Of a DNA stretch of 64,000 bases, positions 13,583 to 25,831 are shown one piece after another (position 1 is the stretch's first letter; each line of letters opens with the position of its first letter). The position numbers were made by a program, and so were the translations under genes. Origin of the DNA: Sphaerodactylus townsendi. Lineage: Eukaryota. The stretch covers positions 27,156,001-27,220,000 of the forward strand of contig NC_059425.1 in assembly GCF_021028975.2 (NCBI RefSeq), in the 5' to 3' direction. The notes under the pieces were generated by a model. The model ran no database searches. It was not told the origin of the DNA and saw only the letters and a list, made by a program, of their open reading frames with translations.

Positions 13583-14450
13583 ATGTGTGTTAAGTGCTGT
13601 GGTGACCCTATGACAGTGATGGCGAACCTTTTTGAGACCGAGTGCCCAAATTGCAACCCCAAACCCACTTATTTATCGCAAAGTGCCAACACGGCAATTT
13701 AACCTGAATACTGAGGTTTTAGTTTAGAAAAAACAATTGGCTCTGAGGCGCGCGTTACTCAGGAGTAAGCTTGGTGGTACTCAGTGGCTTTGCTTTGAAG
13801 CAACCGTGCAACTCTTCGAACATGTGAATCACGACCCTAGGAGGGTTTACTCAGAAGCAAGCCCCATCGCCAGCAACTGAGCTTACTCTCAGGTAAAGGA
13901 TCGCGCTTTAGTTCTTCCCATAAAAATTAGTGGGGTTTAACAGTGCTTCCTCCCCACACACACATGACGCCCTCTGTGTGCACATGCCCGCAGAGAGGGC
14001 TCTGAGTGCCACCTCTGGCACTCGTGCGATAGGTTCACCACCACTGCCCTATGAATCAATGTCCTCATTAACTGTCTTGTTCAGGTCTTGCAAACTGAGA
14101 CTTGCGGCTTTCTGTTTACAGCCAATCCATCTCATGTTCAATCTTCCTCTTTTCCCTCTGCCTTTGACTTTTCGGGGCATTATTGTCTTTTCCAGTACTC
14201 TGTTCACAATGTGACCAAGGTACAGTAGCCTCAATTTAGTCATTTTAGCTTCAAGGGACAGTTCAGCCTTAATTTGTTCTGGAACCCACTGGTTTGTCTT
14301 ATTGGCAGCCCATGGTATCCATAACATTCTCTTCCAACACCCCCGTTCAAAGAAATCTACTTTTCCCCCCTGTCAGCTTTCTTGACATTGTCCAACTTTC
14401 ACACCCATACATACTAATGAGGAATACTATGGCACAAATTAACTTGGTTG
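13583..14450 (-). mobile_element. RTE/BovB-like LINE 3' fragment, interrupted by a hAT element
   Basis: MLWIPWAANKTNQWV.EQIK.ELSLEAKMTKLRL.Y.GHI...LEKTIM...V.G...RGR..MRW; related remnant at ~12720-13025. Confidence 0.85.
13614..14046. mobile_element. hAT non-autonomous element (CAGTGATGGCGAACCT termini)
   Basis: TIRs cagtgatggcgaacct / aggttcaccaccactg; perfect TSD ccctatga. Confidence 0.88.
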
Positions 14451-15299
14451 CTAACGAGCAAATAGTAATTGGATTGGTTTTCCCCTTCGCAAAGTAGCAC
14501 GTGGAATGTCCTAGTTTACTCTAATTTCAGTGCTAGTCCATGCTAAAAGAAAGCTGGATGTTATTGGCTGCCAAGTCTTTCAGGGCCTCTCAGCAGCCTG
14601 GCTCTTCTGTCTTAAAGCAGGTTAGTAACCAATCACAAAAGGACTGGTCTCCTCTGAGGAGGAAATGGGCTAACCCAGTGGAAATAATCCAGATGGAGAC
14701 AGAAGTCTGGGAATGAGATAAAGAAGCAGTTCAGGTCAGGTGGAGATAAGCTGAAACAGAGGTAGGAAAGGGAGAGAAATCTCTAGCAAATTCGGTTTTT
14801 AAAAATTTGCTTGCTAAAAAAGTTTCAAATGGTTATTCTCCCTCATTTGCCATTTTTTACATGATGACGATAACACTATAAAAAAACCTTGTCTCCCTGA
14901 AAGATAGAAGCTCAATTGTGACCAAAGACTCCTCTTCTTCCTGTGGAGTGCTCCCCTATGGGCATGGCTCTTAGGAGTAGACCTATGGGCAGCGCATTCC
15001 ACAGGAAGAAGAGGGGTATTTGGTTCCAATTGAGCTTCTATCTTTTGGTGAGACAAGCATTATCAATTTTAATAGGGAAAAAGCAAGTTACAACACAATG
15101 GATTTCTCAAATTGTGACTTATCCTTGCCTTTAAGTGTCGTAACGTGACATAAGACTTATCACAGTTTTAAGTGTCCTGAAGTCATTAAATCTTCATGTT
15201 TCAGCAATTTCATTCACTTTTTGAGCTGGTTTAACTTTACTGCAGCTCAGGTACTAAAGAACCCTGGAAGGCAACTGAAAACAAAATAAATAGTCTTTT

Positions 15300-17066
15300 A
15301 AAATAAATTAAATCTTTTTATTAAGAGTAAGGTTAGCAGGGCCCATGCATGCTGTGTGCTTAAAGATTAAAGCAACCCCACACCCAGCTAACTTTTGTAC
15401 CAAAGAACAAGCCAAGTGCATGTGCGTACGCTTTCCATAGCCTGTTTTGCTCTTTTCTGAAGAATTTGTGCAAACATAAAAAGGTACACAGAGAAAAAAA
15501 AAACCCTTTCGTTAAAGATACTGGAATAGATGTAAGGTTCACAAATTGTGCGGAAGAAGGTTTTTTCCTATGGACTCTAGATACTGTGGGGCCAGGAACC
15601 TGAGTCTTTCTGCATACATGGGATGGGATAGGATAGGGGGAGCTTTACAGAAAAACAGGCCATTGATACTTAAACCTTTTCCCACTGGCTGCTTTTCCTG
15701 TGCAATCCTTCACCTGGTTTGAAACCTTCTCTCCACTTAAGTGGCTCTTCCATTGGAGGAAGATCCACTTAAGCTGGAGAAAACCCCTTTGGGCTGCAGA
15801 ATATTGCCCATTATGTGTGAAATTCTGCACGCAGGCACATGCGTATAACTCTGATTATGAGTGGACACCTCTTTCCTAATCTCGTACATATTTTTAAAAA
15901 GCGGTTTTGAAAAACTAGTAAGAAATGGACGCTGGCAGGCTTCCAAACAGGGTGAAGTCATTCTTATTATTACTGTAACCCTGGTACTATCAAGTAAGGC
16001 TGATTCACGTAGCTGTGTTCCTCATTTGGTAACTGCATTATCAAGCAGTAAGTTCCATGTGTGAATGTGCTGTGACAGACCCAACTCCACAGCAAGGGCT
16101 CCCGTTTTGCTTCAGATACTCTGCTTCCTGATTTACATACACAAGAGAATGAGATCGTAGGCTCCTAAGGTGGTACAATGGATTGTATTCAGTTTATTGG
16201 GGGGGGGGGGGAGGGGAGACTTCTGACTCTTCTTCGATGTTAAGAAAATTCCCTGCATTGAGCAAACTAACTCAATATGCAGTGAGCTGGACTAAAATCT
16301 TTGATGCCCTCAAAAAGCTTAATGTCTGTCCATGCCACAAGGAAGTGTCCCCATGCTCAAATGGGGTGCAAGCAGATGAGAGAAGTAAACAACAGTCTGT
16401 GCGTTCAGATGTTTCTGGTGCAGCCAAGCTGGATTTGGTGCTGCGCTTGCTGAACCATCAAGAAGGTGCTGTATTGTGCTTAAGAAATCTTAAGTTCTAG
16501 CTGCCGCCCCAGGACTGCAAAAACACAGGCGCTGCAACCTGCAAGGCAGGGTCCTTGTGTGTCACAAGCTTGGTTTGGGGGGCAGAATTAGGACTCCCAA
16601 CAACTGTGAAACAGCCCTTGAAATGTTCTGCATTTTACCACAAGATTCCATCAATGGATTTACTGTAGTCCAAACTTGGCCCCTGAAGAATAAAGATTAG
16701 AACCTGGAGAGCCTCTGTTGATGGCAGCAAATATGTCCAACACCCCGTAGCTCCTGTAACCAGTTATGTTCCCACTGTTGGGAGGCAAACTTTGTAACCT
16801 ATGGGGGTATAACGTTTCCATCCCATTCATTAAGCACAGTTTAAGGTTCGCAGGGACCATGGATAACACTTATCTTTGGAAAAAGTTCACAATGCAGTAG
16901 CTCTGAAAAGTGACTTGTGCCACTGAGGTTCAAATGATGAGTCCTGGCATACGCTGCTGCTGCCTCTAGGCTGTCGCTATGTCCTCCTTGCAAAGGAGTT
17001 TTTGATGGCTGTAGAGATCTTCTCTGTTCATGCCAAGAGTCCTGCGGTTGCCTGTTCATGGGCATG
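15300..17066 (-). other. CHRM1: Candidate spliced terminal (3' UTR) exon of CHRM1
   Basis: Strong minus-strand acceptor tttctcactgtgcttcttcatcttttctccccag|; TE-poor interval; AATAAA at 15317-15322 (minus) with U-rich downstream; partner donor tca|gtgagt at 19858/19857. Confidence 0.45.
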
Positions 17067-18801
17067 CTGGGGAGAAAAGATGAAGAAGCACAGTGAGAAA
17101 AGAGTTGTTAAGGAGCTTGTCCTGCTTGCCCAATTGCTACCAAGAAGGCACAGATGACTTTAAAAGTGAGGTTAGGCAGGTTCATGAAGGATGAGTGTCC
17201 ACAGTGTGTGAGTAAAGTGCCATCAAGTTGCAGCCAACTTATACTGACCCATTGATTCAAGGCAAGAGACTAACAGAGATGGGATGCCATTACCTCCCTC
17301 TGCATAGCGATCCTGGAATTCCTTGGTGGTCTCCCATCCAAATACTAACCAGGGCTGACTTTTGCTTAGCTTTCAGGCTAGCCTGGGCAATCCAGGTCAG
17401 GGTATCAGTAGCTACTAGCCATGATGAATGAATGGAGTCACAGCATCCAAAAGGTGTAAACCTCTGAAGTTAGTGCCAGGAGAGAACCATGGTCTTTATG
17501 TCCTCTTCGGCTGGTCCTCTGTGCAGTCCACTAGCTTGGTGGGACTGGGCAATATTGTTGTGTGAGTGTGTGTGAGAGAGAGATAATATGTATATGTACA
17601 TGTGCCCTGTTCTGGTCTAATCTTGTCAGATCTCAGAAACTAAGCAGAGTCACTCTTGGTTAGTATTTGGATGGGAGACCACCAAAGAATTCAAGGGTTG
17701 CTATGTAGAGGAAGGCAATGCTAAACTACCCCTGTTAATCTATTGCTTTGAAACTCTGTTGGGTTGCTATAAGGCAGTTGTGACTTGACAGCACTTTGCA
17801 CACACACGTTTGTATTTTATATATACACACACAAATATATACACAAATACTCAGGATCTATTTATCCACTTATGATGTCCAAGTAGATCCTGAGCTGAAG
17901 CTGCAGAGGGCAACCAAAGGGATCCAGGAACTGGAGTATCTTTTCCTGCAAAGAAAGGCTGAATAGTTGGGACTTTGGGGGGGCGGGGGAGTATGAGGAT
18001 AGTTTATAGAATTATGACTGGGTAGAAAAAGGGATATTTATCTTCTCTCTCTTTAATTAATACATGGTAGATTCAGGACAGACAAAATAATGTCTTTTAC
18101 CTCAGAGTGCAAAGTTAACATGTGCAATTCTTTGTCACAACCTGTTGTGGTGGCCGCTCACTAAAAAGATTATGCAGTTTAGCAGGGATATGGATCTCAA
18201 CAGGTGTTAGCTGTGATAGCCAAGCAGTCCTCTCGAGGCCTGAGGCAGTCTACCTTTGAGTACAAGATACAAGGGGAAGACAGTAGTGAAGGGTTGTTTG
18301 TTTCCTGCCCTACTTGTGGTCTTTGTCTGGAGGCAAAATGCTGAATGTAATGGCTCTATGATCCAAATCCAGAAGAACAGTTCTTAAATTCTAAGATGAA
18401 GAGAGGTCAGTTAAAGCATGCATTGCACCTGCAATTGACATGCTATTTAAATGGAACTTCTGTGTTCAGAGACAGTTTGTGCCTGAATTCCACATTCTTG
18501 GGCAGCAAGGGCTGATGTCTTCATGCTCTGTCTGCATGGGAGTTTCCCAGAGTTAGACAACTGATCTGCTTTTGAGTGGCATCTCACATCACCTCGTATT
18601 TGATTCTTTTTATTGGAGATGCTGTGAACTGAACCTGGTGCCTTATGCATACAAAGCAGATACTTTATTACTGAACTTTGACCCCTCCTCTCATCTGGCT
18701 GGCTGCCTGCCATTAAAGTCCAGAAGAACTTCTGATTTACTCCACTCAGACAATTCATATGAACAAAATCTGCCTACTGAATCATAACCCAAAAAAGTAT
18801 G

Positions 18802-19706
18802 ATAAGAACATAAGAACAAGCCAGCTGGATCAGACCAGAGTCCATCTAGTCCAGCTCTCTGCTACTCGCAGTGGCCCACCAGGTGCCTTTGGGAGCTCAC
18901 ATGCAGGATGTGAAAGCAATGGCCTTCTGCGGCTGTTGCTCCCGATCACCTGGTCTGTTAAGGCATTTGCAATCTCAGATCAAAGAGGATCAAGATTGGT
19001 AGCCATAAATTGACTTCTCCTCCATAAATCTGTCCAAGCCCCTTTTAAAGCTATCCAGGTGAGTGGCCATCGCCACCCCCTGTGGCAGGACATTCCAAAC
19101 ACCAATCACACGTTGCGTGAAGAAGTGTTTCCTTTTATTAGTCCTAATTCTTCCCCCCAGCATTTTCAATGAACGCCCCCTGGTTCTAGTATTGTGAGAA
19201 AGAGAGAAAAATTTCTCTCTGTCAACATTTTCTACCCCATGCATAATTTTATAGACTTCAATCATATCCCCCCTCAGCCGTCTCCTCTCCAAACTAAAGA
19301 GTCCCAAACGCTGCAGCCTCTCCTCATAGGGAAGGTGCTCCAGTCCCTCAATCATCCTTGTTGCCCTTCTCTGCACTTTTTCTATCTCTTCAATATCCTT
19401 TTTGAGATGCGGCAACCAGAACTGGACACAGTACTCCAAGTGCAGTCGCACCACTGCTTTATATAAGGGCATGACAATCTTTGCAGTTTTATTCTCAATT
19501 CCTTTCCTAATGATCCCCAGCATAGAGTTTGCCTTTTTCACAGCTGCCATGCATTGAGTTGACATTCCCATGGAACTATCAACTAAGACGCCCAAATCCC
19601 TTTCCTGGTTTGTGACTGATAGCACTGACCCTTGTAGCTTGTATGTGAAGTTTGGATTTTTTGCCCCTATGTGCATCACTTTGCATTTTGCTACATTGAA
19701 CTGCAT
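18802..19706 (-). mobile_element. Young 5'-truncated CR1 LINE (ORF2 C-terminus plus 3' UTR)
   Basis: Open frame MQFNVAKCKVMHIG...LEYCVQFW.PHLKKDI...RRRLRGDMIEVYKI; (TTCTTATG)n 3' tail. Confidence 0.95.
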
Positions 19707-19879
19707 GATATGCATTTGGATCAGCTCAGTGCTGTAAAGGATTTTAATGCTGCTGAGATCCTTCAAGTATACCCATCCTCCTTAAATATGCTATCCTTCT
19801 TAAGTATACCCACTCTTAATGCTTTCAGCCCCTCCAAATTGCTAATCTCATACTCACTGACTGGGTATTTTTGCCCTGC

Positions 19880-21424
19880 TCAGCAGTTCGACACACCACA
19901 AGCTCCCTTCTTAGGCATCTTCCGCCAATTATGCCGATTCCAGTGACACTGCAGTAGCATCCGGAAGGTGGTTCGGAAAGACCTGTTGCACAGAGCGTAG
20001 CACATTGGGTTGACAGTGCTGTTGACGTAGCAAAGCCAGTAGCCAAGTTTCCAGAGGCCTTGAGGGATGCATTCTTGGCAGAAAGTTGACACCAGCACCA
20101 TGATGTTGTAGGGTGTCCAGGTAATGATGAAGGCCAACAGGATGGCACTGAGTGTCCGAGCCGCCTTCCTCTCCTTCACCAGTGAAAGTGTCTTCCGCTT
20201 GGAGAGGTGGTTCCTTTGCCGCTGTTTCCTTGGGATCTGCCTTTTGGTCACTACCAGTGACTTATCCCTTAGCGGTATCATTGCTTTCTTGAGTCTCTTG
20301 TCCCCATCTGGAGGTTGTTTGGGAATTGTTACAAGACCCTTTTCTCCAACCCAGTCCCTCTTGGCTGCTGTTTTGGGATCTCGATACTCTGTTTCCCTTG
20401 GTGGCTGTATAACGGTGCTGATCATAGGGAGCCGAATTACCATTGAGCAAATAGAGTGAACTTCGAAGGGTTGTTCCTCTCCTTCAGATGAACTCAAGGA
20501 ATCAGCAGAAGCCTCCTCCACCTCCTCCTCTTCTGTGGTGTTCCAACTTCCATTGCTACTTCGATCTAAGGAGAAGCCTTTAGTTTTATGTCCAGGGAAA
20601 CAGCAAGCCTTCATGGGGACAATTGCCACATCTGAAGAGGTAGCAGGGTGTGACCGTTCTGAGCTGCTACTGCTGCCACCATTTTGGGTTGTTTTGGAAG
20701 CTACTCGTGGGTTACTCTTGAACTCCGAGGCCTGTAATCCAGAGAGCTCCTTTGCTCTCTTCTGGGTTTCTTGGTAGATCCTCCAGTAGAGGGCCACCAT
20801 GATGGTGACGGGGAGATAGAAGGCAGCAATGGCTGTTCCAAATGTGATGGTGGGCACTGAGAGGAACTGAATGTAGCAGTCATTCTCAGGGACAGTTCGC
20901 TTTCCAACCAAGTTCTGCCAGAATAAGATGGCAGGTGCCCACAAGACAAATGAGATAGCCCAAGCCAGGCCGATCATAACAGCTGCTCTCTTGGGCGTTC
21001 GCTTAGCTCTGTAGGTGAGGGGACGGGTAATGGAGAAGTAGCGGTCAAAGCAGATGATCAGGAGGTTCATAACAGAGGCATTGCTGGCCACATAGTCTAG
21101 GGCCAACCACAAGTCGCAGGCCACACTACCCATTGCCCATCGTCCCATGACAATGTATGTGGTATACAGATTCATTGAGATGGTCCCAATAATGAGGTCA
21201 GCACCAGCAAGGCTGAGCAGGTAGTAGTTGTTGACTGTCTTCAGCTCTCGATTGACCTTGAAGGAGACCATCACCAGCAGGTTTCCCACGACTGTGACCA
21301 ATGAGAGGATTCCTGTTGTTACAATAATCAAGACCATCTCCCAAAGGGAGTGGCCTGTTTCTGATGGTGTGCCTTGTACTTCCAGGGAGTCATTGTGTCC
21401 CAGTGGACTGTCTGATAGGTTCAT
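19880..21424 (-). CDS. CHRM1: Muscarinic acetylcholine receptor M1 (514 aa from the Kozak ATG)
   Basis: 7TM GPCR with [10 protein letters not shown] (orthosteric Asp), DRY, WTPYN and NPMCY; M1-specific i3 motifs [14 protein letters not shown] and [13 protein letters not shown]; start context gtcaccATGa; lies next to an SLC22A6-like gene as in human. Confidence 0.95.
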   Translation of the reverse strand: MNLSDSPLGHNDSLEVQGTPSETGHSLWEMVLIIVTTGILSLVTVVGNLLVMVSFKVNRELKTVNNYYLLSLAGADLIIGTISMNLYTTYIVMGRWAMGSVACDLWLALDYVASNASVMNLLIICFDRYFSITRPLTYRAKRTPKRAAVMIGLAWAISFVLWAPAILFWQNLVGKRTVPENDCYIQFLSVPTITFGTAIAAFYLPVTIMVALYWRIYQETQKRAKELSGLQASEFKSNPRVASKTTQNGGSSSSSERSHPATSSDVAIVPMKACCFPGHKTKGFSLDRSSNGSWNTTEEEEVEEASADSLSSSEGEEQPFEVHSICSMVIRLPMISTVIQPPRETEYRDPKTAAKRDWVGEKGLVTIPKQPPDGDKRLKKAMIPLRDKSLVVTKRQIPRKQRQRNHLSKRKTLSLVKERKAARTLSAILLAFIITWTPYNIMVLVSTFCQECIPQGLWKLGYWLCYVNSTVNPMCYALCNRSFRTTFRMLLQCHWNRHNWRKMPKKGACGVSNC

Positions 21425-21579
21425 GGTGACTCTACGATTTCTCTCCTTGCTGCCTTCCAAGAAAGGGTCCCAGAATGATAGCCACATGAGTGTGTGGGGC
21501 CAGGTTCTTTCCTGATCGCTACTACTGATGTTGGACAGAGTGACAGTGCAGAAATTGTTCTTCAACCGAGGAGCACAAT
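21425..21579 (-). other. CHRM1: 5' UTR part of the CHRM1 coding exon
   Basis: Minus-strand acceptor ttgttttctctttttag|attgtg at 21580/21579; weak-context in-frame upstream ATG at 21487. Confidence 0.7.
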
Positions 21580-21599
21580 CTAAAAAGAGAAAACAAATC

Positions 21600-22300
21600 C
21601 TTTTTTGAGTTTCAGAAAATCTTTATTACACACTTCAACAAACAATAACAAAAAATTATCGAATCTATACTGACATAATTCCGACACAACAAATACAAAT
21701 TAGAAACAAATTAAAAAAACATTTCCTGCAGAAAAAAGAGAAAGATGCATAACAAGAAATAATTATTAACTTTCATGTCTACTCTCAGACGCATAAGCCT
21801 GAACTTGGTATATACTCCCCACATTCTAAGAACATAAGAACAAGCCAGCTGGATCAGACCAGAGTCCATCTAGTCCAGCTCTCTGTTACTCGCAGTGGCC
21901 CACCAGGTGCCATTGGGAGCTCACAAGCAGGATGTGAAAGCAATGGCCTTCTGCGGCTGTTGCTCCGTAGCACCTGGACTGTTAAGGCATTTGCAATCTC
22001 AGATCAAAGAGGATCAAGATTGGTAGCAATAAATCGACTTCTCCATAAATTCTGTTATATTTGTTATGACAGTTTCCTTAAATCAAGACTTTAACACACA
22101 ATTTACATATTTAGATTATTAATTTATGTTATCCTAGTATTATTTTACACATTTGTTCCTAGTCTTCTGAATGTGTACTCTACGCCTGTTAAACATATCT
22201 TAAATTGTTTCGATATATAAGCAATGAAAGGGGACTAGGTCACATTAAATTTTTCCAGGGAGTCTTCTTTCAGTAAGCAAGTCAGCTTGTCTGAAGTAAG
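21600..22300 (-). mobile_element. L1/Tx1-like 3' end, interrupted by the CR1 fragment
   Basis: Minus-strand AATAAA plus short A-tail near 21600-21627; degenerate ORF2 C-terminus (SDKLTCLLKEDSLEKF...SPFIAYI) at ~22200-22300. Confidence 0.55.
21827..22050 (-). mobile_element. CR1 3'-end fragment of the same subfamily as 18802-19706
   Basis: Near-identical to 18803-19030 (taagaacataagaacaagccagctggatcagacc...). Confidence 0.93.
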
Positions 22301-25300
22301 ATAACGTACTGTGGGGCTCATTCCGCGCATGCAGAATAATGCACTTTTAAACTGCTTTCAGTGCTCTTTGAAGCTGTGCGGAATAGCAAAATCCACTTGC
22401 AAACAGTTGTGAAAGTGGTTTGAAAACACATTATTTTGCGTGTGCGGAAGGGGCTTGGGTCATGATGGATTTTGTCCTTGTTGAGAACATCATGAGATAC
22501 GCCACGACTACACTACAATTTTTAAATACCCATTTCAGCCTCCTTACATAATTGTGTTCCTTTACACAATCCAAGTTCTATGAAGAGGCTAAGGTTTTTT
22601 TTTTTTTTTTTTTAGAGAGAGCTTCTCTTTATTCACTGCTCTGGGAAAAAAAGGGAGTCATCTCTTAATTTATTTGCTTGGCTGTAAGCTTTTGTAAACT
22701 AAGTGGGAAGTCTCGTCAAAGTGAAGAAACTCGGCAGTGATCCAGAGGGATTTGTGTGCCATACTGTTTGTGCATATCTGTGCATAATACAATATACATC
22801 CTGTTGCACAAACGGCTTTGAGTCCTTGCCCAAAAGAAGGAAAGGATGGTAGATGTATTTGAAACATGTTTAAATGAATAAAAAAACAACCACCCCTGTA
22901 TGAATCACATGAAGGAGCAATTAGGTATGAAGAAAGATGGCTGCTCCTAACCAGTTTGTCTGCCTGCAGCCTCATATTCTATGCACAAACTCCCAGTCCT
23001 GATTGGCTGCAGTTGACAGATCCCTGTTCCGTTTGTAAAACCGACTTTTGGACAAGATACCAATGAAATGGACAGGAAAGCAGACTTTTTAAAAAAGTTA
23101 GCTGCTCTGATAATGTTTGGAAAACTAAACATTATTCTTCTCACCTAAATAGCTTTTATGTATTTCATTTCCATTTCACCCTTCTTCCAAGGAGCTCAGA
23201 CTGGCATACTTGATTTCTCCCACCCTCTATCCTCACAAAAACAACCCTGAGCAATCTCCTCACAAGAACAACCTCAGGTTCCGCAGAGAGAGAGTGAACG
23301 GCCCTAGGGTCACTCAGAAAGCTTCCGTGGATGTGGGGGTTTGAGCCTGGATCTCCAAGATCCTAATTCAACAATCTAACCACTACATTATGCTGTTTTC
23401 TGCCTATTCCTGCTTCTTCTGCTCCATCTTCTGCCCGACTTACCCCTCTCTAGAAGCTGAGAAACTCTGTAATCTTCAGCTTGCTCCAAGATAGTTCAGC
23501 CCATCTGTCCGTGGCCATTGAATTATTATGTTTTCATATAAATGTTTGAAAATGTCCCTTGGTGTGTGATGAGTTCAGCAAACACTTGACCCAAAATAAG
23601 GGAAAAGAAGCCCAGAAAAACCATCACTGAATCCAATGAGACAAACAGAAGAGGGCAATGTGTACTGTGATGTCTCTGGGCAGAAGAAGAGGAAGAAGAG
23701 GAAGAAGAAGAAGAGGAGGAGGAAGAGGAGGAGTAATTTGGATTTATATCCCCCCTTTCTCTCCTGCAGGAAGCTCAAAGGGGCTGACAATCTCCTTGCC
23801 CTTCCCCCCTCACAACAGACACCCTGTGAGGTGGGTGGGGCTGAGAGAGCTCCAAGAAGCTGTGACTAGCCCAAGGTCACCCAGCTGGCGTGTGTGGGAG
23901 TGTATAGGCTAATCTGAATTCCCCAGATAAGCCTCCACAGCTCAGGCGGCAGAGCGGGGAATCAAACCCGGTTCCTCCAGATTAGATACACGAGCTCTTA
24001 ACCTCCTACGCCACAATTCTACAACTTCTCTAAAAGCTCATGAGGTACATTTAATTTTTGAAAGGATTTCAGCTTTTTTACCATCAACAGTGGGTGATGT
24101 AACATCCATGCATACTGAAGGGCAAGGCCTTGCAGCGACAGACCCAGACCCAGATGCCAACTCTGTCCCTATATCCACCTGGAGAACACAGGACCTAATA
24201 ACATCAACTACACACTATCTTGGGTTCATCCTTCAATGGAATCTATGCCATTGTACGTCAAAAATGTTCTCCTGCTACCAGTGCGGTGTAATGGTTAAGA
24301 GCTGTGGACTCTAATCTGGAGAACTGGGTTTGATTCCCCATTCCTCCACGAGTTGTGGACTCTAATCTGATGAACCAGGTTTGTTTCTCCACTCCTCTAC
24401 ATGAAGCCTGATTGGTTATGTTGAGCTAGTCACAGTTCTCTCTGAACTCTCCCAGCCTCACCTACCTCATAAGGTGTCTGTTGTGGGGAGAGGAAGGAAA
24501 GGAGTTTGTAAACTGCCTTGAGATTCCTTATGGTTGAGAAAAGTGGGCTATAAATCCAAACTCTTTTTCATCTTCTATATTATGACAAACAGTTCAGTCT
24601 AAGCTATGAGGATAAATAGACATAAATCGAACATAAGAGATCAGCATGTTCATTTGCCAGGATGCTCAGTTGCTCAGTCACCTCTAAAGGAGGTTTTGTG
24701 AAACAACTTAGTTCATATTCCAGAAGATGTTTCACTACATTTCCTGAAACTCAAACAAGAATCTGGGATTGCTCACCTGTTTTATGAGTGTGGATCAGCT
24801 TAGCAAACGATGATGCATAATCACCAAAGACTTCTATCATGGATGGTCCCAGAATTGTTCTTTACATTTAGTTTATACATAATTATATCTCATCTTGTAT
24901 TTCCTGCATCTCATGGCCCTTTGATCCTGATCTAAGGTGCCTGTTTATTTTTGCTGTCACAGGCTAAGAAGGCTACTTCTTTGGCATTGTGACTTTCTGG
25001 TTTAGGGTGAGCAACAGATCAAGTCCAGTGCACAGCCTGACTTCGTGGTTCTCTCTTGAAAGCAATACTGGCGTTGTGGTTAATTTCTGCCCTTCTGTTA
25101 AGACGCTTAGGACGACATTCAGGCCTCCCCCTCTGTTATTCTCAGAAAACCTCTGTGAGATAGGCTGAAAGAGAGTGGCCCAAGGTCACTTGGAAAGCTT
25201 CAAAGCAGAGTGGACCCTGTGAAACCGGGTGTGTCCAACACTCTAACCACTATTCCATGAGGCAGCTACCTGGACCATGGCCCCTTCCCAATCCTGATGT

Positions 25301-25831
25301 TTCTATCCAACACAAATGCTCAAAAAGTGGCCAGGAAGGTCTTCCTGAGATGAGGAAAGCAAGACCCGCATTCTGTAAAATCATAACCAAGGAATGAAAT
25401 CTGTCCTACCTGGATATCCTGTGTACAGGGCAAAGGACTCGGCCTGACTTCTGCCATGCCGCTGCCACCCTTCCCCACAGCCTCCTTCACTCTGGTGTTG
25501 GTTTTCTTTTTGGAGAAGTGGAGAAGTCAGGATAATGGTAGTGAGGGAGGGAGCTGCCAGCTGTCCCTTTCCAGCGTCTACGGCCGTTTCTGTTCTCTGT
25601 GGCTTACCCTTGTGTCAATATTAATATTAATGTTTTGCATGTTCAAACAATGCCTTGGAGCACCTTGGAGGCACCTTGAAAGAGATCTTAGTGGAGGTTT
25701 ATTTTCCCAGGTCTTGGTCAGGGAATGGAATCATGCTTAGCAGGAAGCCACGCCTCCTCATCCCAGAAGCTTTTGGGTGGACAGAGGCGTATCAGGGGGA
25801 AATGGTGCCCAGGTGCTTCTGTGTGATCGTG

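Noticed and set aside
18990-19766. 258-aa ORF as a host gene
   Set aside because: C-terminal part of CR1 ORF2 in a 5'-truncated copy
21488-21565. ORF-track N-terminal extension making CHRM1 561 aa
   Set aside because: It starts at TTG; homology, N-glycosylation sites and Kozak context point to the ATG at 21424
24278-24350. tRNA genes (here and at similar SINE heads)
   Set aside because: These are SINE heads with box A/B only, continuing into the SINE body and (CTT)n tail
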